Below are positions 12,891 through 24,817 of a stretch of 64,000 nt of DNA, piece by piece. A program made the position numbers and the translations under genes. Each line of letters starts with the position of its first letter. Position 1 is the stretch's first letter. Source of the DNA: Heterodontus francisci (Eukaryota); NCBI RefSeq assembly GCF_036365525.1, contig NC_090402.1:20653543-20717542 (forward strand), written 5' to 3'. The notes under the pieces are model-generated. The model did no database searches, was not told the origin of the DNA, and was given only the letters and a program-made list of their open reading frames with translations.

Positions 12891-14699
12891 AACTGTTTCA
12901 GATGAGGTCATCAACCTGAAACATTAACTCTATTTCGCTCTCCAAGATGCTGCCTGACCTGATGAGTACTTACAGCATTTTCTGTTTCTAGATTTATACA
13001 GTTTACTGACGGGATACAATACAAATTTAGGGTTCACAAGCTATACAGTCAGTCTAAATATGCATCACGTTGGACCCTATGCACTACCCTTTCCATGCAT
13101 GACTTATTGGAACTAGCGATGTTTGGTTATATGACCAAACAGGGATTTTTAGTTTGAGCTATAATGTGTTCCTGATTCAACCAGACTTTTGATTCAGGGT
13201 CAAGATCCTCAAGGATTGATTCTTAAAAGGTCCAGCATCCTTTTGGCCAGTTTGACAGAGGCAGATAGATGCTATCAACATAATGAAGGGGATCGGTATG
13301 CGAATGTTCCAAGGAGTTAATAAGCTAGCCAATGAAACTGCTAGTTACAATAATCTTGTATATTATGGAACCTGTTAATTTTGTTTCAGATTCTATTAGT
13401 AGGCACTCACACATATGATGGTGGTCGGGTTGCAGATTCTGGTTGGAGGCATTCCTGCAGGTTTGATCACGTGATGCTCTGACCACATGATGCCTGACCA
13501 TGCCTGACCACATGACATTTGTTCATGTGTTCTACAAATGTTATTGGATTTACCTTATAAAAGTTGGGTCAGGAAGTAAGAGCGCACTACAGAGGAAAAT
13601 TTAAACTGCTGATCTGTCAGGCTGCTGGAGAGAAGGTTGGAAATCCTAGATGGTGGGATTTTTCATGTTCCTGCATGAACAGCATGGAGCTGTTGGTGGG
13701 AATCCTCCCTTGGAAGGGTGGTAAGTTGTTTAATTGACAGCTGTACGAACCAATTACAGACGAGGAAGGGGTCAGGGGACAAACTTCATGCTCCAAGGGA
13801 CACAAAACATCCACATGTATTTTTAAGCTACACCTATCATAACGAAACATTACATTTACATGAAAATGTTTTAAAACAGTTTTATAAGTGTTAATTGATA
13901 AATGGATTAAAAACTTATTCCAACTTTGATGTGTCTGAAATAAAGCTTTAATCCAGAAACTTCACAAGGATTGAAATATTGAGCAAGGATCACTATCTTA
14001 CTTTAAGTTAATATAGTTCCTGGGTCAAAACATTTGAAAGATCAGCTGATTCTCCCTTACCTTTGGAGATCAACTCATTTAACATCGGATCATCCTTTCT
14101 CATTACCAATTATCCTTTCTTATTATTGATTATATTCTTATCTGAGCACATTAGCACATTGTTAATAGTAAATCAGAAGATAGCTGTTTCAAAAAGACAA
14201 CCAGGTTGTACAATGTAATCCACAAGATATTATAAGTCCTGTTTATCTCACCTGCCCCTTTATGGTCATAAAATCTAACATGGCCAGAACAGAAATCTGA
14301 TCCACTGCTCTCTCTTTGGGTATGTGCTATAATTAGCCACATCCTCAGGTCAATTAGAGGCTAATTCTTGTTGCTCAGCAAAGTTTTATTAAAAACAAAC
14401 TTGTTCATTATTGGTTCAGTGACACTTAGAATTCTCAGACAAGTATTCCTTTTATCAAGAGGCAACTTTTGGACAGCTTTGAACTTTTTATTTCAGGATC
14501 TGGGCAGTTTGCGCACTGAAGCTGTGGACTGGACTCTGCCAGTGCTGGCCACGAACGGGACTGCGGCAAAGACCAGAGAGAAGGGACAGGACAAGAACAG
14601 TGGATCTGGGATAGGCCTGAGCGCCCAATGTGAAACAAGAACAAACGGAAAGAAAAAAACTTAAAAATGCAAAATAATTATATTAAATATATAACATAT

Positions 14700-15129
14700 T
14701 GTAAAAAAAATCTGAATCCGTATTTCGTGCTCTTTCCTCCCCGTTGCCGGAGGCAGTTTGCACATAACACCCTTTTAACTTGGAGATTCTCCATTCCCTA
14801 ACAAAGACACACATTCATTCTATTTTTTCACGTTACACTTCTGGTAGTGTGGACAGTTTTTTCAAAAAACATATTTTGTTAGGCAACATTTCCGTTTTCG
14901 ATCGGTTACGAACCAGTCTGAAAAATCAACGCAATAATTAGTTAAGTTTAAATGCTAATACAGTTTGCAGGTTGAGTTAATGAGAGCTTGACAGGCGGCG
15001 CGCGTTTGTGGCATCCACGTTGTGTTTGTGTTCCTTGCATCGGTTGCCTGGCAACAGTGTAACAACCTTCAGCAGAAGGGCTGAGAGTGAGAGTTGGGCA
15101 GTTTCTTGAGTAAGACAGAGAGGAGCAGA
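14700..15129 (+). promoter_or_regulatory. CpG-enriched promoter of the CFAP144/FAM183A-like gene with an RFX X-box
   Basis: Locally high CpG; perfect palindrome GTTGCC-T-GGCAAC at 15043-15055, 75 bp upstream of the ATG. RFX sites are typical of ciliary genes. Confidence 0.8.
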
Positions 15130-15259
15130 ATGGCAAAACCAGTCGAGAAGGTACCAAAGGACATGGTGCATCAACTGGCAATTGATCGTGAGACAATCAG
15201 GAAAGAACTGCGCGCTCAGAAACTGTACACCAACTTCAATATCAACCCCCGCACGAAAT
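15130..15259 (+). CDS. CFAP144: CFAP144/FAM183A-family ciliary protein, coding exon 1 (MAKPVEKVPKDMVHQLAIDRETIRKELRAQKLYTNFNINPRTK)
   Basis: Matches the FAM183 N-terminal pattern (VHQ..I.RE...KELR.QKLYT....NP); donor T|GTAAGT at 15260; phase 1. Confidence 0.88.
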
Positions 15260-15469
15260 GTAAGTGATCAGTCATCGTTATTACTGTTACTCCGGAATAA
15301 ACTGTGCGCCCAGTGTTAGCAGCCTCTCGGATAGGAGACATTGGTCGGTTATGAATCTGTGAATCAATTAATAGATTCCAGTAGCAACCCATAACTGGAA
15401 TTCAAATGAAAAGCAACAAATACAAAAACATGTTGGAAACCTTAAACTAGAAAATGCTGAAAATATGGT

Positions 15470-15872
15470 AACAAAATGGTAGCATAATAATCTTTAATAA
15501 TCTGGAACAGGAGTTCAAATCCCACAACAAATGGGGAATTTAAATGCAATTAATTAAATACATCTGGAATAAAAAGCTAGTATCAGTAATAGTGACCTTG
15601 TAACTACCGGATTGTTGTAAAAAAACACCCCTCTAATTCACTAATGTCCTTTAAGGAAGGAAAACTGCCAGCTTTAGTTGGTCTGGCCTATATGTGACTC
15701 CAGAATCACAACAATGCGGTTGACTCTTAACTGCCCATTGAAATGGCCTAGCGAGCTGCTCAGTTGAATTCAGGGAGGTTGCGCACCAATACCTTCTCAA
15801 GGGCATTTTGGGATGTGCAATAAATGCTGGTCTTGCCAGCAATGCCCACATCCTGTGAATGAATAAAAAAAT
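15470..15872 (+). mobile_element. tRNA-headed SINE copy in CFAP144 intron 1
   Basis: B-box GAGTTCAAATCC; body and tail match 992-1390. Confidence 0.75.
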
Positions 15873-16024
15873 ACAACAGGGTCAGTCACGATCTGTGGAG
15901 AGAACAGATAAGTCAAGGTTTTGGACCAGGTCCTTATACAGTTTTGGAAAAACCTGTAAAGGAACAGACAGATCTCCAAGCAGAGAGAGGAAGAAAAATC
16001 AGTTGAATAACTCGCAACCTGCTT

Positions 16025-16322
16025 TACATACGAACATACAAATTTGGAGTAGAAGTAGGCCACTCAGCCCCTCGAGCCTGCTCCGCCATTCAATAAGATC
16101 ATGGCTGATCTGAGTGTAACCTAAAATCCAAATTCACACCTATCCGTGATAACCTTTCACCCCCTTGCTTATCATGAATCTATCTACCTCTGCCTAAAAA
16201 ATATTCAAAGACTCTGCTTCCACTGCCTTTTAAGGAAGAGTTCCAAAGACAAACGACCCTGAGAGAAAAAAATTCTCCTCATCTCTGTATTACATGGGAG
16301 ACCCCTTATTTTTAAACAGTGA
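16025..16322 (-). mobile_element. CR1 LINE 3' tail
   Basis: ACATACGAACATAC...GTAGGCCACTCAGCCCCTCGAGCCTGCTCCGCCATTCAATAAGATCATGGCTGATC is an antisense CR1 3' end. Confidence 0.8.
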
Positions 16323-16963
16323 AAAGAGAAACACCTGATTAATGATGCAAAAGATCTTCTCATTCAGATAAGAGAAGCACAAGAAATATTAAAGAAATAA
16401 CACTTTAAAAAAAATGCAAACAGCTGTGACAAAGAGAGTCTCAGCTCACCCAAGCAAAGCAAAGTGAAAGAAATTGACTGCACTGCTGTCTGCATTCCGT
16501 AATCAAATATAGTTTCTGGAGTTCTTCCGTTGTGTGTGTGTATGTGTGGCGGAGCGTGGGGTGTGGGGGGGCGGGGTGTGGAGGTGGAAACAGAACATCC
16601 TGTGGGGATTTCCCAATGTGGAGCTGAACCTAATAGGTGCATATGCATCACCCAAAGAGTAATTTCCCTAAAGATTCAGTTGGTTAATTCAGTGAGGAAC
16701 TAAGCAATACAGACCCAAGTGTAATTTCAGTCTCTGGTTTGTGCTGAGTTATTTGACCTCAGCCAGGGCAGTGGTGAGATTCTTCAGCTGGCGTCAGTGC
16801 CTCTGGGTGATGAAACAAAAAATTGCTTAAGCTTTCCACACCTGTGCATTATTCAGCAAACCCCAGATGGAAGTGCGCTTGTGTGGAGTAGAATTGGATT
16901 CAGCTAAAATGCCACTTGCAATTGATTTGCTTGGCAACCCTTATCATTTAGGTTCACACTAGA

Positions 16964-17240
16964 TGAACATAAGAAATAGGAGCAGTAGTAGGCCATTCCG
17001 CCCTTCAAGCCTGCTCTGTCATTGAATAAGATCATGGCTGATCTTCTACCTGAACTCCAACTTCCCGCACTATCCCCATATCCCTTAGTACCCAAAAATC
17101 TTTGATCTCTGTCTTGAATATGCTCAATGACTGAGCATCCACAGCTCTCTGTGGTAGAAAAATTCCAAAGATCCACAACTCTTTGAGTGAAGAAATTTCT
17201 CATCTCAGTCCTAAATGGCCAACCCCTTATCCTGAGACTG
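16964..17240 (-). mobile_element. CR1 LINE 3' tail
   Basis: ORF MRNFFTQRVVDLWN; antisense tail GAACATAAGAAATAGGAGCAG. Confidence 0.85.
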
Positions 17241-18786
17241 ACTTAGGTTCATTGCTATCAGTGGGCTGACTAACTAAAATCTATTCTTTAACATTGTATC
17301 TTGCAAGATACCAATTGGTCAGCAGGTAACATTTGATTGATAAAACTTAATAACTTCAAATCAATCCATAAACATTAAAATTCAGTGGTTTGGAAAAGGA
17401 TATCACATTGGCCAAGCCAATGTTAAGTATAAACAGCATCTCCAGAGAAACTACTAAAATACAGACTCACCAAAATGCAATAAAATCAATAGAAATGATC
17501 ATCTTAATGGATGTGGAATCTGATGCTGGTTAAAATTTAGCTGCTCTTGGTAATGCCTTTAGAAGTTAGCTACCTGGCCTGGATTAGGATACCCCTACAG
17601 TTTAAATGGTTCCCTCTTTTCCATTCCTTTCGGTTGAGCAACAATGAATCAAAGCAGGGTTGTTAATACTCAGAACCTTACAAAGGACATCTGGGTAGTG
17701 TTGCAACCATGTGAATTTTAGACACTATTTTCATGGCCTAGCTAAAACTAACCAAAACTGAGAGACCGACCATGAACACTTAACTGCATTCATCTTAAGA
17801 TAATAGGCCAAGATACTGGAACTTTAGAACTATGATCCAGTATCAATTGGACTTTACAAGCTCGGTTTTCTTCAGAAACCTCTCAGAAATTTTGGGTCTA
17901 ACCTAAAGCTAAATGATGTAGACACACAGTCAAGGTGATGGGAATTCTTAACGCCTGGCTGCAAAGGGTGAGAGAAAATTCTTCACCAATTTGATTCTCT
18001 TGAGTAATCTTGTCTAACCCTGCAACAATTATTGGCTGGGCACGATAATTACTGTTGTTAGATGTATTTTCACATTGGCTCCATAGAAGACAACTTTGTA
18101 CTGGCCTTGCTCCCAGAGAAAGAGCATGTTTGTGGTGCACAATTTTCCCAATTTTTCTCCAGTGAGAACAAATAACCATGAGATGACGATGAAGCCATGT
18201 GCTATGGCCAATCCCTCTATGTCTGAAAGCTGATTCAAGGAATGCTATCTCCTTTTGAATGTTCTTATTGTGGAAATCATTTCAGCTTTTCCAGAAATCA
18301 TTGGTACAATTTGCAAAGGGTTAAATAAATCAATGGGGCAGATATCATTACCAGGAGCAGTAGTTGCAAAGCAGAATGGCCTATAACACAATGAAAAGTT
18401 TCAAGGCCACAGCTTGCATACACCTATACTTCAGGAAATGTATACTAATAACCTTAAGTTTCAGGTCAAAGTGCCAAAAATATGAAGCAGCAAACAGTTG
18501 AGGGAAAAATATAATCTCGTACAGCATAGTAGTGAAATTAGGGGGAAAAGCAATTGAAAATATCTTTCCATTCATTGCTTCTATAAGGAAGGAATACTTA
18601 AGAATCTCTTAAAAGAACAGAAAATCTGATATTAGTTCTTTTACAAATTATGCTTGGAGTATAAAAGTTTGTTTTGTTGGATAGGGAATATTAAATTACA
18701 TTTAACTCTAAATAACATCAATAAAGCCTACTTTTTGTAGATCATTTACTGACGAAATGTGTGTCCTGCATTTATTTTCTCAACAG

Positions 18787-18846
18787 TTCATTGTATAACA
18801 GGAAAACCTAATGTCCAGGACAGAGACATGGAAGAGGAAGAGGACC
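18787..18846 (+). CDS. CFAP144: CFAP144/FAM183A-family exon 2 (FHCITGKPNVQDRDMEEEED)
   Basis: Acceptor TTTTCTCAACAG|, donor C|GTATGT; frame continues from exon 1; H.IT.KP motif of FAM183. Confidence 0.85.
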
Positions 18847-18936
18847 GTATGTACCTATTATTTATTTTGCATAACAATTAATATTTTCCCATGTTATGCA
18901 AAAGTTAAATCGCAAGATGGTTTCTTTTTTTTTTAG

Positions 18937-19040
18937 AGAATTTAGCAAAAATACTCCAGCGTAATTTTTTGGAACCAAGGATGAAATACACTTTCCCACA
19001 AACAGAAGCTCAGGAGATTGGCTGGATAACCACTCCATTG
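18937..19040 (+). CDS. CFAP144: CFAP144/FAM183A-family exon 3 (QNLAKILQRNFLEPRMKYTFPQTEAQEIGWITTPL)
   Basis: Follows a 90-bp intron; acceptor poly-T AG|, donor TTG|GTAAGG; hallmark P..KY..PQTE.QEIGW motif. Confidence 0.9.
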
Positions 19041-19394
19041 GTAAGGACCTGAAATCCCCTAAAAAAATAAAAAGAAGAAAGTTGAGTGTAAAAATCTATA
19101 TCTGGAGAAAGCAGATTGAGCTGAAAAGTTCTCTGAAATTTATGACCGGGCATTTTCAGACAAGGGCAAAGAAGCAGAGACGTACAAGACCTCTAAATTG
19201 AGTATAATCAAGTTTCATGCAACTGATATGGGAATTTTAAATTGGTCCTTGGCACAATCTGTTATTTTGTACTCCACTACTTTGTAGCTTCTTCAGTTTT
19301 GTGGTCACTGTTTTTGGAAAGTAGAGTTTTAAGATGCACAATGCAAGGCCAGATTGAATATCAGATTACCAGTTAGGGCGGTCAGAAATTGAGT

Positions 19395-19787
19395 GGCACC
19401 CCATTCACCACCTTAAACATTCACTCCATCCACCACTGGCACACTGTGACTGCAGAATGTACCACCTACAAGATGCACTGCAGCAACTTGACAAGGCTTC
19501 TCAGACCACACCTGCCAAACCCGTGATCTCTACCACCTAGAAGAACAAGGATAGCAGGTGCATGGGAACACCATCAACTGCAAGTTCTCTCCAAGTCACA
19601 CATCATTCAGACTTGGATGTATATTGCTGTTCCTTTGTCATCACTGGATCAAAATCGTGGAACTCCGCCCCTAACAGCACTGTGGGACTGCCTTCACCAC
19701 ATGGATTGCGGCAGTTCAAGAAGGCGGTTCACCACCTCCTTCTCAAGGGCCAGTGGGGATGGGCAATAAATGCTGGTCTTGCCAATA
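19395..19787 (+). mobile_element. 3' fragment of the tRNA-headed LINE family
   Basis: TACAAGATGCACTGCAGCAAC...GGGATGGGCAATAAATGCTGG, matching the reverse complement of 40860-41270. Confidence 0.85.
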
Positions 19788-20499
19788 TATACACACATAT
19801 AGAAAAGCCTTTTATAGCTCATCTCTGCAATGTTCCTACAGGGAAATGCGAGGGTAGGTAAAATACATCAAAGGAAATAAATTGGTAGATACAAAAAACA
19901 AATAGAAGCATGAGTATGAGAAGAAAGTACTGATAAAACCTACTAGTTAGCCTAATATAGTCATTTAAAATCATCTTCATAAATTGCTGAAATTAAAATA
20001 AATCTAAATATTCACAAATTAATAACCTCATTGCAAACATTCATCAACATCTGTTACAAAAACTACTAACACCGGGTATCGTTCTTGTGACCCGGCAGAA
20101 GATCGTAGCCATGATTGTTTGCATTTCTGAAATCCACATCAGGTCAAAAATGCCATATTGGTCATGCATCAGGTGTTCTGTTCTGAGCAAGATGTTAAAG
20201 GTATAATTCAAGAAAATAATTTATTGAAACATCTTTTTTCTGTAAACATTAATTTCACTTAAAGACAGCTTCACACATCAGAAGACAATCCTATTTTAAA
20301 CTTGGCAAACATAATTTATGTTAACATTTATTGCATTTTCCCTCTCTAGTCACCTGTCTCCATACTAATGACAGGCAAATTGCTCCTAAACACTTGCTAA
20401 TTATACCCTGTGGTGTCTGCTAAGGAGACTGGTTTGGCTTTATCCTGTGGGAAGCTGCTCAGTATAGCCCCAGTAGCACAGCTGAGATTGATTTGGTCT

Positions 20500-20695
20500 T
20501 TTAGGGAAGGAAATCTGCTGTCCTTACCTGGTCTGGCCTACATGTGACTCCAGACCCACAGCAATGTAGATGACTCTTAAAATGCCCTCTGAAATGGCCT
20601 AGCATGCTACTCAGTTGTCAATGGCAATTAGGGATGGGCAACAAATGCAGGCCTAGTCAGCGACGCTGATATCCCATGAAAGAATAAAAAACAAA
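20500..20695 (+). mobile_element. 5'-truncated tRNA-headed SINE
   Basis: Body AGGGAAGGAAATCTGCTGTCCTTACCTGGTCTGGCC joined to the LINE-type tail. Confidence 0.8.
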
Positions 20696-23290
20696 TCTAG
20701 CAGCTCAAAACTGGGTATTCATGACTTGATGTGGGCCTTCAACAGCACCAGGGTTGTATTCCACCACAACCCTGTAAACTCATGGCCTGGCATATCCCTC
20801 ACTCTGCCATGACCATCAAACTGGATGACCAACCTTGGCTTAATGAGGAGTGTAGGAGCGCATGCTAAAAGCAGTACCAAGTGTACCTAAAAATGAAGTG
20901 CTAATCTGCGGAAGCTACAACGCAGGACTACATGCATGCTAAACAACATAAGCAGCATGCTATAGACAGAGTTAAGCAATGCCACAACCAATGTACCATA
21001 TCGAAGCTTTGCAATCTTTCCACATCCAGCTGCGAATGGTGAACAATTAAACAATTAATGGGAGTCGGAGGCTCCATGAGCATCCCTATCCGTGACGATA
21101 TCGGAGCCCAGCCTGCCAGTACAAAAGGAAAGGCTGAAGATTTCATCACAGTCTTCAGCCAGAAGTCCCGACTGGATGATTCCTTAGATTCCCACCATGA
21201 CAGATGCCAGACTTCAGAATCCCTGACAATCAACATCAGGGTTGGTCATCTAGCTTGAAGGTCATGGTAGAGTGAGGGATATGCCAGGCCATGAGGTTAC
21301 AGGTTGTGGTAGAATGCAATCCTGATGCTGTTGATGGCTCACAGCAGCTCATGGATGCCCATGAATTCAATTCACGCCACGTGATATCATGAAATGGCTA
21401 GGAGCATTGGACACAGCAAAAGCTAGGGCCCCATCATCATCTGAGCTATAGCGTTGATGATCATTGCTCCAGAAATAGCTGCACCTCTAGCCAACGTGTT
21501 CCAGTACAGCTAAAACACTGGCATCTAACCAACAAAGTGGAAATTGCCCAACTATGTTCCGTCCACAAAAAACAGGAAGCATGCAATCCAGCCAATTCGT
21601 GCCCCATCAGGCAACTCGCAATCATCAGCAAAGAAAGGAAGATGTTAACAGTGTTATCAAATGGCATGTATTTTTTTTTTATTCATTCATGGGATGTTGG
21701 CATCACTGGCCAGGCCAGCATTTATTGCCCATCCTTAATTGCCCTTGAGAAGGTGGTGGTGAACTGAGTGGCTTGCTAGGCCATTTCAGAGGGCATGTAA
21801 GAGTCAACCACATTTGCTGTGGGTCTGGAGTCACATGTAGGCCAGACCAGGTAAGGACAGCAGATTTCCTTCCCTAAAGGACATGAGTGAACCAGATAGG
21901 TTTTTACAACAATCGACAATGGTTTCATGGCCATCATTAGACTAGATTTTTAGTTCCAGATGTATTAATTGAATTCAAATTCCACCTTCTGCTGTGGTGG
22001 GATTCGAACCCATGTCCCCAGAGCAATACCTTGGGTCTCTGGGTTACTAGTCTAGTGACAATACCACTATGCCACCGCCTCCCTGTCTTCACCAATAACC
22101 TGCTCACCGATGCGCAGTTTGGGTTCTGCCGGGACCACGTGGCTCCAGACCATGTTATAGCCTTGGTTCAAACATGGACAAAAGAACTGAATGAAGTGAG
22201 AGTGACTGTCCTTGATATCAAGGCAGCATTTGACTGAATGTGGCATCAAGAAACCGTGGTAAAATTGAAGTCAATGTGGATCGGAGGAAACTCTCCACTG
22301 ACTGGAGTCTTAACTAGCACAAAGGAAAATGGTTGTGGTTGTTGGAGGCCAATCATCTCAGCCCCAGGACATTGCTGCAAGAGTTCCTCAGGATAGTGTT
22401 CTAGGCTCAATCATCTTCAGCTGCTTCATGAATGAATTTCCCTTCATAAGGTCAAATGTGGGGATGTTAACTGATGATTCCACCGTGTTGAGCTCCATTT
22501 GCAATTCCTCAGGTATTGAAGCAACCTGTGCCTGCATGCAACAAGACAACATTCAGCCTTGGGCTGATAAATTGCAAGCAATGTTCATGCCTCACAAGGG
22601 CAACAAGAGATGGTCTAAGCACCTCCCCTTGATATTCACTGGCATTACCATCATCGAAACACCGACAATCAACATCCTGGCAGGGGTGGGGGATGGGGGT
22701 ACCAATGACCAGAATCTTGACTTAAATATTGCAGCAACAAGAGCAGGTCAGCTGCTGAGTATTCTGCAGCGAGTGACTCACTTCCTGACTCCCCAAAGCC
22801 TTTCCACCAACTACAAGGCACAAGTCAGGATGGTGATGGAATATTCTCCAACTGCTTGGATGAATATGGCTCCAACAGCACTCAAGAACCTCGACACTAT
22901 TCAGGACCAAGCTGCCTCTTTGATCGGCACTCTATCCACCACTCGTGCAGCGTGGCTGCAGTGTGTACCATCTACAAGATGCACTGCAGCAACTTGTCAA
23001 GGTTTCTTCAACAGCACTTCCAAACCTGTGAACTCTATCACCAGGAAAGACAAAGCCAAGAGGCATGTGGCAAATCCCCCTCCAAGTTACACACTATCCT
23101 GACTGACTTGGACCTATATTGTGATTGCTTCATCATCACTGGGGCAAATTCCTGCAACTAACTATCCAACACTGCTGTGGGAATATCTTCACCACACAGA
23201 CTGCAGCAGTTCAAGAAGGTGGTTCACCACTACCTTCTCAAGGGCAATTAGACATGAGCAGTAAATGCTGGCTTTGGATGCACTCAACAG
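20696..23290 (+). mobile_element. 5'-truncated copy of the tRNA-headed LINE (RT region), interrupted by an inverted segment and an antisense SINE
   Basis: DAQFGF, VLDIKAAFD, VPQDSVLG, LTDDST (degenerate RT motifs) in ORFs 22031-22237 and 22329-23102. Confidence 0.85.
21670..22083 (-). mobile_element. Well-preserved tRNA-headed SINE copy
   Basis: Reverse complement begins GGGAGGCGGTGGCATAGTGG (A-box), contains GGTTCGAATCC (B-box), and ends in the LINE tail plus polyA. Confidence 0.9.
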
Positions 23291-23808
23291 CCACATAAAG
23301 GAGCCCGAGCACCAAGGTTGGGGTTCGGTGGAAATACTGGTGGAACTTATTTTTAAAAAATCCTTGACAGAAAGCAGCTGAGAGATCTTAGAGGTATACA
23401 AGATAGTATAAAAAGGGAAATCCAGAACATTACTTTAAACTAAACCTGTACAGTAGGACAAGCAGAAACAGGTTCAAACTAGTAAAAGGCACAGATAAGT
23501 AGGTAAGGTCCTGAAAGCACAAGCTTTGGGATAATTTAATATTTGGATACTGTGATACAGGACAGAGGGCTGTAGGGTATTTCTGGATAGTATTCCTCAT
23601 TTGTATTTCTTTTGTGGAGTCATTAGTATATTATGTTTTTCAGTCAATAATAAGACGCAGTACGCATTTTAATACTAAAATGGGGCTCCAAATGTACATT
23701 TAGTAGTTTAGTTTTGGAACATTGTTGCCTATAATTGGGCAACCTTTATAAGATGCAAGTTATTTAGCTATCCAGTATAATCAGTTAAAATGTCAATTTC
23801 TCCTATAG

Positions 23809-23916
23809 ATAGATACAGATCTGAAGGATCGGAGACTGAATTTTCATCGCCGTAGCAATGAAATTACGACATTTATGGCACAGTACTTTCGTCTAAAAGA
23901 AAATCAGAGGCAATGA
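23809..23916 (+). CDS. CFAP144: CFAP144/FAM183A-family last coding exon (IDTDLKDRRLNFHRRSNEITTFMAQYFRLKENQRQ*)
   Basis: Acceptor TTTCTCCTATAG|; DRRLN and (E/D)IT motifs; stop TGA 23914-23916. Spliced CDS 130+60+104+108 = 402 nt = 133 aa plus stop. Confidence 0.88.
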   Translation: MDTDLKDRRLNFHRRSNEITTFMAQYFRLKENQRQ

Positions 23917-24048
23917 TATTAGGTTTGTGCCAATGTAGCTGTTTGTTCTTTTCCCTTACATACTAATTCATTGGTGATTACAGGAGAAGGGAAGCCATGC
24001 ACATGAAAATGAGGTGCAAGATAAATGCAAACTTACATGTGAATGAGG

Positions 24049-24054
24049 AATAAA
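24049..24054 (+). terminator. Probable polyadenylation signal of the CFAP144-like gene
   Basis: First AATAAA after the stop codon (~130 nt downstream), followed by T-rich sequence. Confidence 0.6.
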
Positions 24055-24469
24055 GTGTACATCGTGCTTAACAATTGGGAAAAAGTTAGTTTTATTGACA
24101 TTGTTGCCTTGGCTACGCCTGAGTGAATGTAACGCTTGGTGGAATGTGGTAGTTCAGTTTGTATGAAACTAATATAGCATTTAGTTTTATGGTAATGTTC
24201 CTCAATATAATACAAACGCGGAAAACAATTTGTCTTACCATGAAGACATTGGGTTTTGGGATACTTATTAAAGCTCCTCAAACACTTAACTTTCTAATTT
24301 TAATGCTTTTAAAAGCTGCAATAAGAACCATCTGGGCGGGGGCTTTTGAAACTGGGGGCAACTCATTTAATTGTTTAGCCTCAGCTCCCATCCTGTAATT
24401 ACAACTGCCTGTGTGGTGTTGCAGTGCTATCCCAGACAGGAAAGTCTAATTACAATGGGGCAAATTTAC

Positions 24470-24817
24470 TTAGATTAGATTAGAGATACAGCACTGAAAC
24501 AGGCCCTTCGGCCCACCGAGTCTGTGCCGCACATCAACCACCCATTTATACTAATCTTACACTAATCCCATATTCCTACCAAACATCCCCACCTGTCCCT
24601 ATATTTCCCTACCACCTACCTATACTAGTGACAATTTATAATGGCCAATTTACCTATCAACCTGCAAGTCTTTTGGCTTGTGGGAGGAAACTGGAGCACC
24701 TGGAGAAAACCCACGCAGACACAGGGAGAACTTGCAAACTTCACACAGACAGTACCCGGAATCGAACCCGGGTCCCTGGAGCTGTGAGGCTGCGGTGCTA
24801 ACCACTGCACCGCACTG
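24470..24817 (-). mobile_element. V-SINE (HE1-like)
   Basis: tRNA head GTGCAGTGGTTAGCACC/GGTTCGATTCC; V-domain AGTTTGCAAGTTCTCCCTGTGTCTGCGTGGGTTT...GTTTCCTCCCACA; CR1-like tail GGGCCGAAGGGCCTGTTTC. Confidence 0.9.

Noticed and set aside
14050-14700. Minus-strand donor-like sites (14060, 14251) as exons of a divergent gene such as ZBTB34
   Set aside because: No recognisable coding sequence or convincing exon pair; cannot be supported from the sequence alone.
17420-18340. Possible highly degraded LINE or coding remnant (ORFs 17898-18179 and 18029-18238)
   Set aside because: No diagnostic motif could be recovered with confidence.
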